Source: a virus. Taken from it: a DNA stretch of 64,000 nt. The position numbers and the translations under genes are program-made. The notes under the pieces were generated by a model. That model was not told the DNA's origin. It saw only the letters and a program-made list of their open reading frames with translations, and made no database searches. Below are positions 1-10,500 of the stretch, in pieces; within the stretch, counting starts at the first letter, position 1; every line of letters begins with the position of its first letter. The stretch spans positions 24,098 to 88,097 of IMG/VR virus record IMGVR_UViG_3300042301_002363; one strand, given 5' to 3'.

Positions 1-3000
1 TTTTATATTTTGCATCGCAATGATGTCACCTTCAGAAACTGTTCTTCCTGTATTGCGTACTTCTGTTTCAATTATTTTTCTAAACTCTTCTTCATTGATA
101 TTAGCTGGAAGTAAAAGTTTTGACTGAACAGAATGTTTCGCTTTGTCTTTAACACCACTTGTTTCAACCTGCAAATACTTTGCACTGTTTGGAACATTAA
201 GCGCTGCCATTTTAAAGTTAATGTATCCATCTTCTGTTTTTTCTGAGAAGAATACATCTACTGGTAGAAGTGTAGCGTTTTTAGATGCTGTAGTATCCAT
301 CAACTGATCAATTTGGAAAAGTTCCATTGAGTTGAGAATGTTGTGCATCATTTGGCGATGTGGCATTGGCCTATAATAGGAGTGTATATCTCTATACAAA
401 TTCTGGATGTCAATATCTATTTTGGTTATTTGATTTTTGGCATCAGGCATTTCTGCTGCTAATTCACGATCCTTACGTAAATCATAAACAGACATGTATA
501 ATCCATGCAGCTCATCATATGTACGAGCAGTTGCTTCATCAATTGATTCTTCTCCTTGTGGTATGATATCAAGAATACTTACATCTGTTCTGTCAATATA
601 ACTTTCAGATTGTTTATGGTAAACATTGCGATCTGCTGTAATTGTTTTCTTAGCATTGTTGACTACCTTCATTGACTCAAGATATCGTGTTTCATCTTGA
701 GTAAGTGCTCTGTAATGTTTAGCAACTAAGATGTACAAACCACGATCATCTAGCCTACCTAGTGTATCATGCATATCAATCTGGTGCATTAATGATGAAA
801 TACTTTGACCATCAAAGATTTCACGCATCATGTCTGCCCATTTTACAACACGCCCATTAATATTTTCAACAGTATTACCTTTTGCTTTTTCAAAACCCTC
901 CAGTAATTCCTCACGAATATTTTGATTAGGAATTGTAAAGTCACTTTCAATTTGTTCTGCATCAAAGTATGGTCCAAATTGAGGAAACTCTTCATGGATA
1001 AAAGCTGTAATAGTATTCATGTATGCAACTTTGTGACTTCCATTTTTCATATTGGATCCACTTGCCACAATTTTCTTTAGACGTTTTACATAATCTTGAG
1101 CGTTCTTTACGTTCAATGCCATGTCACCATCCATTAACTGATTTAAATAAAGTCCATTTCTCCAGTTATTCATGAACATATCAAACAACAATTTCTCAAT
1201 TGGTTCAATTGCTGATGCTTCATTAGTACCATATGGTGTTCCATATGCATCTATAAGAGATTGTTTAGCAAAACCTTCTTTAAGAGATGTTGGTAACATA
1301 CTTGAAGAATAATACTGAGATGGCAACAATGCTGCAACAGCTGGTCTTATTTCAGCCTTCTTATCTTTCTCATTAATAGGAAGTGTCTCTATTAAACCAA
1401 GTGTTTCAAGTTTTTCCAAATATGTTTGAAACTCTTTCTGTGCATAATCATTTAATGCTGATAACAAATCAGACATGTCTATCTCTTCAAATGCAACTTG
1501 TTTTTTGGCCAAGTCAATTAAATCATCTCTCAGAGATTGGTTATTTGGATCATCAAAGAAATCTTCTAACATGTTGAACCTGTAAGCTCTCAAACTTGAG
1601 TCATCAACATTTGCTGTTACATTATCATCTTCTAATACAGCATTATATTTGTTTATTAACTCATTGCTTTTGCCATTTTCAAAATTAGCTTTCAAGTCAA
1701 GTCTACGATTCCACTCGCGAGATGCTCTATTGTATTCTTGATTTACAATAGAAACAAGATCCTCAACTATCTTAAGATACTTTCCTTGATAAAGCAATTG
1801 ACCTTTGTCATTAGTTTGTTTTGCTTCTTTTGAAGTAAATGGCTGGTATATAGCAGATATTAAAAAGTTTGTAGATGTAGCCTCTAACTGATGGAATGAT
1901 CTTAAGTATGTAGATATTTCATTACCTCCTTTGTCACGCAATACTTTTTTATCCATAAACGCTAATACCTGCAGCATGTGCAAAGATCTTTCGTCAACAG
2001 ATTTAAAGGTTTGTCCTTTTTTAGTGACATCCCCAATACGTTGTTGTACGCCACCAAACATTGCTACAGTAAAGTTGTCTAAGAACAACTGCATTTTTAC
2101 GCTGTCTGCATTAACTTCTCCTTTTAAAATTGGACCAAGTAATGCATTGTCTTCCATGAATGATCTTAATGTAGTTTCAAAATATGGATCATCAGCCAAT
2201 GCTTCTTCTAATGTCATTGTGTTCAAACGCTGACCAAGTAGTAATAATGGATTGTATTTTGTAAAACGATAGATTGGTTTACCCTCAGCATTTTTTACAA
2301 CACTTGGTATTTCTGTTGGATCATACTTCACAACATATGCAGATGCCTTTTTAAGAATAGTAAGCAATCGTTTTGCATCTTTATTTTTAGATTTCTCATC
2401 ATCTAGTATATTTCTAATACCACTATTTGGTTTACCACTTTCAAGATAAGATGCGTCTAAAACAATCTTCAAACTTCTGAAAAAGTCTTTTTCTAAATAC
2501 TGCTCTTGTCGTACAAAGTCTTCATTGACATCATAAAACTTTTGCAGTCTTATATCAACATCAAGATTGATATTATTTTCAACCTTGTTAATTCCCATCA
2601 ATGATAATCGCACTAATGATTTTGGAACTCTCATTCCAATTGTAATCATAGCATTGTGGATTTCATCAGTAAGCTTTTGTAAACGCATTGTTTGACCAAC
2701 CATTCCATCAAGAATATCTGGTGCGTTCATAAAGTTTGTGGCAAAGTTTTTAAGATATTGAACTGCCTCTTTAAACTCATCAGTGTTTGCATCTGTTGAA
2801 TGCTTCTTAATGAATCCTGAAATAATATCATTACGTTTTTTAGTAACGTCTGCATCAACAACCTTGTCAAATACTCTAAAGTTTACAGACTCAGAACGTA
2901 ATAATTCTTCGCCAGAAGTGATGTCTTCCATGTTAACCTTACGTGGAGTAGATACATTGAACATCACATTATTCAACTCAACACCATGTAATACTTCTAC

Positions 3001-6000
3001 AATAAGATTTAGTAATTGCTTATTGGTTTGTGCAACACCATTTGAGTCTGCTTTTGTACGTGTTTGTATTTCATTGAATATTGTCTGAAGATCTTTACCC
3101 ACTTGATCGTATCCATCTTCAATCATTTGTTCTGACATTACACCAATGCTATCAATGATGTTTTTTGGATTAATGCCAGCTGTTATTTTCAAAAGTGTAG
3201 GGAATAACACTTGTCCATCAATCATACGTGGAAAGTATATTCCATTCTTTTTATCAAACTGATCACTTCTAAGAGTAGAAAAGAATCTTCTTATTTGAGC
3301 TACATAAGAATCCATGCGATTATATTCTGCCATTCCAGAATCAAAGTCATTGCTTTCTAATTCTTCTTGTGCTGATACGCGTTCATCATCTTGTACCTCA
3401 GTTGCAGTTTCACCATTAAATGTGTTTTCTACTTCCTCTGAATCTAACGTAAACTCATCATTTTCTCTTAGTATCTGTACACTGTTAGCTTTGGTATACT
3501 TGTCTTTTACCAATCGTTTCAATGTTTCAAAAGAGTACTGACCCATAGTGTTGTCTATAACTTCACCATTAATTAGTCTTATCTTATTTACGTTAGCCTT
3601 ACTGTCATACTTTGAATCACCAGTAAGGTTAATATCATTTACATTTAAACCCTTCATTCTTGCACCAAGAATAAATCTGTAAGATGATATCAATGGTCCA
3701 TAATCTTTTTCAATCTGCTCTCTTGCTGCAGGATTTTGCGCAACAAGTTTTTCCATACTATAAACCTCACTTAGAATTTTATCTGCAGCACGTTGGAATT
3801 TAGTTTCAAAAGTATCTGACTGAACTGCATCTTGAAATATAACACCAACCATCATGTCAATCAATTGGTTTTGTTCAGAAACACTAAGTGTAGAATTTTT
3901 CTTTTCTACGTTACCTTGTTCATTTGTATTATACTTTACAAGTCCATCAATTAATTCATATGCAACTTGACCATTGTACATGTCAGATTTAATAGTTGCT
4001 GTTTTGTAGTATCCAGTTTTCACACGGTCATACACAGCTTCTATCTGAGTTCTATTTTTGACAAAGAAGTTAAGTAACTTTTTAAGCATGTCAAAGAATA
4101 TTTGCAATGCTGTTTTAGGTTTTCCTTTTCTTTCTTTGCTCATGTATTTTTGAAAGCCATCAGCAAGTATTTCTTCTGCTACTAACTCAGCAAGCACATC
4201 ATAGTTTGTAATAGATAAATTTCTTACTCTTGCAAACTCTTTCAATGATAGTGATGTAAAGTTGTCAGAATGCTTTGGGTCATCCATTATTTGTTTGACT
4301 AACACCTTACGTTCTGAATCTGTTAAAAGATATCTAAAGACACCATGAAATGCTTCATGGTAGATTGTACCTTTACCAGTAATAGTATCATTTAGGTAAA
4401 TGATTTTGTCTTTAAACATTCCTAAAACTGTACCATCAATTTTAGCCAGATTGATCATATCCTTTAATGAACTTGTATCAAGTCCAAACTGAGGTAAGTT
4501 TTCAGCAAGCCATTGTGATTCTGTTAATATATCTTGTTCAGTAGCAACTTCAATACCTGTACCTTCAGCAATAGAGAATGGAACATCATCATCAGTAAAG
4601 TCAATTACATCATTGTCTTCATCGTTTTGATTTTCATCAGTAACATCTTCTTCTGTTTCTGTAGTATCATTCAGGATAATTGGCGTACTGCTAACATTAT
4701 CTGGTGTAATTTTTACAGAAGAATTTTCTTTGTCAGCAACCTCATCTACAATAGCTTTTTCTTCTGAAGTCTGATCAAGATTTTCAGAAGTTTGATCAGC
4801 CATTGATACATTAACAGGAGACTTTGCAACAAGATTAAATGATCTACGACCAGTAGATTCATACACTTTTACATTTTTCATGGATCTGTTGTACGAACTT
4901 CTAGCATCGCTTTGAGTAGATAATGGTGAATTAATTTTCAAAACACGTACGCCTTCATCATTTTCTCTTGAGAATAAATCTTCTATTTGGAAATTTGTAT
5001 ATGGAGCAAAGTCTTCATTAAGCGCATCTAAAAATTCACCATATACATTATCAGGATTTGCCTTAATATATTTGGTAACAGAGTCTAGAACTGTTGCAGT
5101 AAACTTCTCTTGTGCAATAGATACTTGCTGTGCAAGATTTTTAACATTTAGAGATGCTGTTGGTAATTTTGCTAATTCAAAAACTGTTGTATAAAATTGC
5201 ACCAAATCATCTGCCTTGGATAAATCTAATTTTGATAATGCAATGTTTTCTGATTTTACTATACCAACAAGAGGTCCTTCAGTAAGTGCTTTTGATAATA
5301 ACATAATTTCCTTTTCAGGAATTATAAAATTATACGCGTACTTAGAGTTATCAGACTTAAGAATGATGTTACCATAACGAGAATCTTTTGAACCTCTGTA
5401 TGGGCGTATCTCTACTTGCAACGCTCTTCCATTTTTAATGGTAGATGTTGCAAAGTCAATAGTCAATTGTGGTTCTGCTTTTCCTGGCATTCTTACAGGA
5501 TCAAACTGATACATTGTCTTCTGCATTGCTCTTATGTTTGCAGATTTATTTATATTAGTTGGATCAATGATTGTTGCCATGGTTGTGATAAACTTTGCAA
5601 AAAACTCAGGGTTTTGCAATTGGTATACCTGATCAACAATAGCATAAGAGATTTCACCAGTAGATGGAAACTTCAATACAAAATGCATTGTTTTTGTCAC
5701 ACGAGTCAATGGTTGATTTGTTTTCATCAACTCAATCAATCGTGCATCCTCTTCTTGAAATAATGTTTTTACTTTTTCATTTAGATTCAGTACATCCTCA
5801 ATGTATGTTTTTTCAGTAAGCATTTTGACTTCTCCACCAGGCAGTGTTACTTTAATTCTTTCATTAGCTGATAAGAAAGTAGAACTGACATAGTTGATTG
5901 TAGCAAATTTTGGATCAAAGGTTTTGTAAAAGTAAAAAGGCAGTTTGCGTTCTTCTTCAGATACAGCATCTCCTTTTGCATCAATTTGCACTACTGTTAC

Positions 6001-7530
6001 TGTTTGACTAAATTGAGGATTCTTTTCTACAAGTTCTTTAAGAGTTGTTTTTACAGGTTGTGAAGAACGCGTATTGGTAAAATCATACATCTGCAAAAAG
6101 TCATCAGTGACATCAATTGATGTTCCTGTATTAAAAGCTTCTTCAATTTTATTGGATATCTTGTCTTTGAACTCTTGATACAATTTTTGAGAAGCAACAA
6201 TAGAAAGGATGTCAGAATTATTTAAGTCCTGTACATTGTTTCCTGCTTTCTTAACTGACATATCCTGAAGCATTTTCAAATGTCCAGGATTTGTAAGATC
6301 AAGTTTTTCTGTAGAGTTGTCACTTGACACAAATACAAAGTTGTCCATAGAGTATATGTAAAACTTTTTACCTGTTGCAAGTATCTCACCTACCAACGCA
6401 AAATCTTGTTCACTTGCTTTTGGTCTTGATACAGTAAGCACTTTGCCATTTGGATTAGACTGAAGATATGCAACCTGAGTTGAATTCTCAAAAGTTTCAT
6501 AATCTCTTTTTGCAAGAGCTGCATATTCTGTTTCTGTTGCTGCGAGTTCTTTTAATCTTTGAACACGCATATCACCAAAGTCACTTAGCTTAACAGCAGT
6601 AATTTTAATACCTGATGATGGTGATGACATCTTACTTAGTTCTGTAAGGATACTAACATGGTCTTCAGGATTAATTGCATCTACTGTTAAACCAGACGCA
6701 AAGAAATCTTCTTTGAATACTTGCTTGCCATCATTTGAATCAGACCAGTCTGCAGGTCTTGCTGATTTTCTTGCGATAATATTTATAGGATCAATTTCTG
6801 TAAGTGTTCCATCGCTTTCAATCTTGTTAAGCATACCATCATATTCAATGGCTTCAATCATAGAACCATCCTTTAATGTGACAAGAACGTTATCTAATTG
6901 AATAGTCTCTGCAACAGAATCAATAGGAATATAACTTGACTTAGGCTGCAAACTGTCAATGTAATCATCTATTGCAGAATACAATACCTGTTTGTATGAG
7001 TTATCTGCTTTAGATAAATCACCAATTACTTCTTTTAATTGACCACGTATTTGATCAATGGCATCTGTCTTATCTTCTATTGTATCAAATTTATAAGTTG
7101 ATACATAGTTCTTTAATAACTGAAGAACACCTCCAGCTTTTGTTAAGTCTTGAAGAGTGATTAATGATTGCTTACCTAACTCTTCAATTGCTTTTGATAT
7201 ACCATCATAAGTTTGAGGTCTTGGTTTTTTCAAATCAAAAAGCGTAAAAGCATTTGATAAATACTTAGCTGTATCATCAAACATGGAGTCTGTTCCAAGA
7301 TTGATAATATCCAGTCCTTTACCAATATTATACTTCTCTTGATTTAAACCAGAAAGCCCATTGTAGATATGGGCCATATTGTGCAGAGCTAATTTCTTTT
7401 GCTCTTCTGTCAAATTTGCACTTAGAATAAATCTTGCTGCGTTATCATAGTTAGTGTAAACACTTGGACTTAACCTAATTAAGTTTTCTACTACAGGTAT
7501 ATATTGTTCAGTAGTTAAAGCACATCCCAT
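1..7530 (-). CDS. Giant virion protein, 3'-truncated by the window (>2510 aa): zincin-like domain fused to probable crAss-like virion RNA polymerase
   Basis: Not in the ORF track because it runs off the window. ATG at 7530 (MGCALTTEQYIPVVENL). The frame was open wherever spot-translated down to base 1. It has TIYHEAFHGVF at 4345-4359 followed by EEILADGF (zincin), an acidic linker at ~4580-4800, and segments QLMDGDMALNVKNAQDYVKR (~1081-1140), IFDGQS (805-813) and YLQVET...HSVQSKLL (~110-180) that resemble crAss-like RNAP blocks. It sits at the end of the cargo cluster. The catalytic DxDxD is not inside the window. Confidence 0.75.
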   Translation of the reverse strand, partial: MGCALTTEQYIPVVENLIRLSPSVYTNYDNAARFILSANLTEEQKKLALHNMAHIYNGLSGLNQEKYNIGKGLDIINLGTDSMFDDTAKYLSNAFTLFDLKKPRPQTYDGISKAIEELGKQSLITLQDLTKAGGVLQLLKNYVSTYKFDTIEDKTDAIDQIRGQLKEVIGDLSKADNSYKQVLYSAIDDYIDSLQPKSSYIPIDSVAETIQLDNVLVTLKDGSMIEAIEYDGMLNKIESDGTLTEIDPINIIARKSARPADWSDSNDGKQVFKEDFFASGLTVDAINPEDHVSILTELSKMSSPSSGIKITAVKLSDFGDMRVQRLKELAATETEYAALAKRDYETFENSTQVAYLQSNPNGKVLTVSRPKASEQDFALVGEILATGKKFYIYSMDNFVFVSSDNSTEKLDLTNPGHLKMLQDMSVKKAGNNVQDLNNSDILSIVASQKLYQEFKDKISNKIEEAFNTGTSIDVTDDFLQMYDFTNTRSSQPVKTTLKELVEKNPQFSQTVTVVQIDAKGDAVSEEERKLPFYFYKTFDPKFATINYVSSTFLSANERIKVTLPGGEVKMLTEKTYIEDVLNLNEKVKTLFQEEDARLIELMKTNQPLTRVTKTMHFVLKFPSTGEISYAIVDQVYQLQNPEFFAKFITTMATIIDPTNINKSANIRAMQKTMYQFDPVRMPGKAEPQLTIDFATSTIKNGRALQVEIRPYRGSKDSRYGNIILKSDNSKYAYNFIIPEKEIMLLSKALTEGPLVGIVKSENIALSKLDLSKADDLVQFYTTVFELAKLPTASLNVKNLAQQVSIAQEKFTATVLDSVTKYIKANPDNVYGEFLDALNEDFAPYTNFQIEDLFSRENDEGVRVLKINSPLSTQSDARSSYNRSMKNVKVYESTGRRSFNLVAKSPVNVSMADQTSENLDQTSEEKAIVDEVADKENSSVKITPDNVSSTPIILNDTTETEEDVTDENQNDEDNDVIDFTDDDVPFSIAEGTGIEVATEQDILTESQWLAENLPQFGLDTSSLKDMINLAKIDGTVLGMFKDKIIYLNDTITGKGTIYHEAFHGVFRYLLTDSERKVLVKQIMDDPKHSDNFTSLSLKEFARVRNLSITNYDVLAELVAEEILADGFQKYMSKERKGKPKTALQIFFDMLKKLLNFFVKNRTQIEAVYDRVKTGYYKTATIKSDMYNGQVAYELIDGLVKYNTNEQGNVEKKNSTLSVSEQNQLIDMMVGVIFQDAVQSDTFETKFQRAADKILSEVYSMEKLVAQNPAAREQIEKDYGPLISSYRFILGARMKGLNVNDINLTGDSKYDSKANVNKIRLINGEVIDNTMGQYSFETLKRLVKDKYTKANSVQILRENDEFTLDSEEVENTFNGETATEVQDDERVSAQEELESNDFDSGMAEYNRMDSYVAQIRRFFSTLRSDQFDKKNGIYFPRMIDGQVLFPTLLKITAGINPKNIIDSIGVMSEQMIEDGYDQVGKDLQTIFNEIQTRTKADSNGVAQTNKQLLNLIVEVLHGVELNNVMFNVSTPRKVNMEDITSGEELLRSESVNFRVFDKVVDADVTKKRNDIISGFIKKHSTDANTDEFKEAVQYLKNFATNFMNAPDILDGMVGQTMRLQKLTDEIHNAMITIGMRVPKSLVRLSLMGINKVENNINLDVDIRLQKFYDVNEDFVRQEQYLEKDFFRSLKIVLDASYLESGKPNSGIRNILDDEKSKNKDAKRLLTILKKASAYVVKYDPTEIPSVVKNAEGKPIYRFTKYNPLLLLGQRLNTMTLEEALADDPYFETTLRSFMEDNALLGPILKGEVNADSVKMQLFLDNFTVAMFGGVQQRIGDVTKKGQTFKSVDERSLHMLQVLAFMDKKVLRDKGGNEISTYLRSFHQLEATSTNFLISAIYQPFTSKEAKQTNDKGQLLYQGKYLKIVEDLVSIVNQEYNRASREWNRRLDLKANFENGKSNELINKYNAVLEDDNVTANVDDSSLRAYRFNMLEDFFDDPNNQSLRDDLIDLAKKQVAFEEIDMSDLLSALNDYAQKEFQTYLEKLETLGLIETLPINEKDKKAEIRPAVAALLPSQYYSSSMLPTSLKEGFAKQSLIDAYGTPYGTNEASAIEPIEKLLFDMFMNNWRNGLYLNQLMDGDMALNVKNAQDYVKRLKKIVASGSNMKNGSHKVAYMNTITAFIHEEFPQFGPYFDAEQIESDFTIPNQNIREELLEGFEKAKGNTVENINGRVVKWADMMREIFDGQSISSLMHQIDMHDTLGRLDDRGLYILVAKHYRALTQDETRYLESMKVVNNAKKTITADRNVYHKQSESYIDRTDVSILDIIPQGEESIDEATARTYDELHGLYMSVYDLRKDRELAAEMPDAKNQITKIDIDIQNLYRDIHSYYRPMPHRQMMHNILNSMELFQIDQLMDTTASKNATLLPVDVFFSEKTEDGYINFKMAALNVPNSAKYLQVETSGVKDKAKHSVQSKLLLPANINEEEFRKIIETEVRNTGRTVSEGDIIAMQNIK

Positions 7531-7542
7531 TTCTTTAAGTAT

Positions 7543-10500
7543 TTATTTAAAACAAGAATTTATCTTTCTCAATTGATCCAAAATTGATTCTTCAGAGACA
7601 GTATCCTCCTTAACAAATTTACCAATTTTTTCTGAGATTTTTGCTAATTCTCTTCTAGTATCTTCCACAGTTTGAGTTGCTTTTTCTATTGCATCATCAT
7701 ATTCAGCAATAAGCGTATTCAACTTTTCTACTAATGCAGGATTAGATGCAAGATTTCTTTGACTGACAAGATCTTTTCTTTCTTGTTGATAGTCTGGTAT
7801 AATAGCAGTTTCATAGTCATTGATTACAAATTCCAATGACTCAATGCGACTTTGTGTTCTTTTGTCTATTACAGGTTTGTTTGTAGTAATTGATTTTTGA
7901 ATTGCATCTCTAATTTCATTTAAGACTCTTTCTGTTTCTGCAGGTGTAGTAGAATTAGGGTATTTGATTTCTGCTACAAGTTTTGCAAAAACAGTTTCAT
8001 CAAAACCTTCTGGAACTTTAACATTCACTTTTGTAGAACCACCATCTCTTCCAAATAAATCTTTGCCCTCAATGATTACACCAAGCACTCCATTGTTGAT
8101 ATAGTAATTAGTCTTACCATATCGTTTTAACTTGTTAAGTTCTTGAGATTCATCACCCATTTTTATAGATGTATCATCATTGATAAGTCTTTCGTTACCA
8201 TTTTTTGTAGTAGATTCTACATTCAAATTTAAAACTACATCAACTGCTGATGTTTGTGCAGACATGCTTTCAAGTCTGTCAAACAAATCTTGAACTGATT
8301 GCATTGGTAATGCAGGTCCACCTACAAATCCAGATGTTGTATCTTCAAATAGATTTAATTGTTCTTGCTCTTGACGAGCTGCTTTTTTTCTTTTCTGTTT
8401 GATTTTGTCAAGAGGCACACCTGTCAGTATGGATTCTTTTATATCATCAAGATTACGTTTACCTTGTGGTATCTTGTAATACTCTTCTAATGTTTGAATG
8501 GTAGTTTCATTTGCTTTGTTATAAGCACGCAAAGATATTTGACCTCTACGCACCATTTGATCTACCTTATAGGTTGGATCTTCAAATGCTGTTAAATCAC
8601 CCAAATGTAATCTTGTCCAATCAATATCTGTTCTTGCGTTGTTAAGTTCATTTGCAAGATCATTTGCTTTATCTTCAGATTCAATTTTCTCATCAGTAAG
8701 AGTTATTCCATTTCTGGAAACAACGTCATACCCTTCTTCTGGATCTCCTTCAACAACAAATGGCTCTTGCTCATTCTCTGCTTTGTTTGTACCATCTTTA
8801 CCAGTACCATTAAGTTTTTCAAGTATTTCCAACTGTGCTTGTGCTGCTGCATCAGCTGCATCTATTGTTGATTGGCTTACAGGATTGTCTAATGGATCTT
8901 TTGTTTCATCAAGTGTTCCTTCTGGTTGTTCAAATACTTGAGGAACTTCTTCCTCTTGTGCTTCTTGAACAGGTGCATTTTCTTCCTCTGATCTCAAACG
9001 TTCATCTTCTATAATAGATTGAATATCAGATATTTCAGCAGCCTTTGCAGTCATAATTTCAACCTCACGTGGAGTTAAATCAATACCTTCAAGATCGCGT
9101 CTTGCAATACTTTCTAATGTAATATCATCAACTTGTTGATTCTGTTTAAAGTTTTCATATACAGTATCAGAAATTACTTCAATAGGTGTATTGTTAAAGT
9201 GTTCTATAACATCATCATTGGTGATGAGATTTCGCTCCATTGCCAAATTCAACACTTCATTTTCTGGCATTGCATCAAGTTGTGCCATTTCAAATTCGCC
9301 ACTATTAACAAGAGCTTCTTTTGCCAAAGTTACTTTTGAACCATCCTCTACACCTCCATTTGCATTTTCATCAAAGTTTAAAGTTGATACAATAGAATCC
9401 ACTTCATCTTTGTTAGCATTATATACTTCACTTTGTCTGTCAGTTAATTGAACCTTTTGAGCAATTCTACGTGCAATAAGTGCAAGTGTATATCTTGGAA
9501 CTTTTTTGGTTTTTTGAAACTCTTCATACTGCATGTCATTGATGTCACCTGTAACATCCTGAGTTGCATATGAGTCAAGCATTTCAGCAATCTTGTCAGA
9601 AATTAAATCATTAAGTTTTTTAATGTTTTCCTGTGCAAACTTTGCATTTTGTAAACCTGTGTTTTCATCAATACTAACAAGAACAAGATTTTTATAGTAG
9701 TCACTACTTGTAACAGCAGTAGATAGTTCCTCATATAGTTTAGCAGCAAGTTGTAATTTTTCTACAACATCTTCTAAATCTGAGTTGGTAGCTACACTTA
9801 AAATTATATCTCTTAATCTGTTATTTAAATTATCTACGAACTCAAGGATTTCATATTTGAATCTACCATCTTGAATGTTTGTAAGCGTTTGACGATAGTA
9901 CTCTGGATTAAACAGCAAGTCCATTGCCTGTGTGTAATCTTTTGAATCTTGATCTAAACGCATGAAATCTACAACCTTATCAAGTGCATCACGTAATGAT
10001 TGTTCTGATAATTTATCTGATATCCCAAATTCTTTATTGCGCAGATTGATAAATTCTCTAAATGTTTCTGCTATGTCTTTATGATCTAAAGAGTAGACAG
10101 TGGTATTTTCATCAATAAGGTTCCCATTCTCATCATAGTATTTAATAGAATTGATTGGAACTCCAACAAATGTGTTATAGATTTTTTCTTTTTGTTCTAC
10201 AACTTCTCCTGTTTCAGAATCTTGTCTCATCGCAATAGTATCACGATCATCCCAAAATTCCATCCACTTATCATATAATTCTAATAAGCGTTTCTTATCT
10301 TTTATTTTTGCTTGTACTTGTTCTTTTTGCGCAGGTGTCATCTCTGTTGACTCTAAACTTTCTTCAAGAAGTTTAATATCTGCAAGCATGTTACCTGATT
10401 CAGCTTTGAAATTTTCAGGATTAGCAAGAACACGTAATGCATACTCAGATGAGTTAGACATTCCAGGAATTGCCAAAAGATCTTGAGAAACTTTTTGTGC

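Noticed and set aside
1120-1135. MDGDM as the RNA polymerase catalytic motif
   Set aside because: It has only two aspartates and lacks the DxDxD context; the catalytic motif is probably beyond the window edge.
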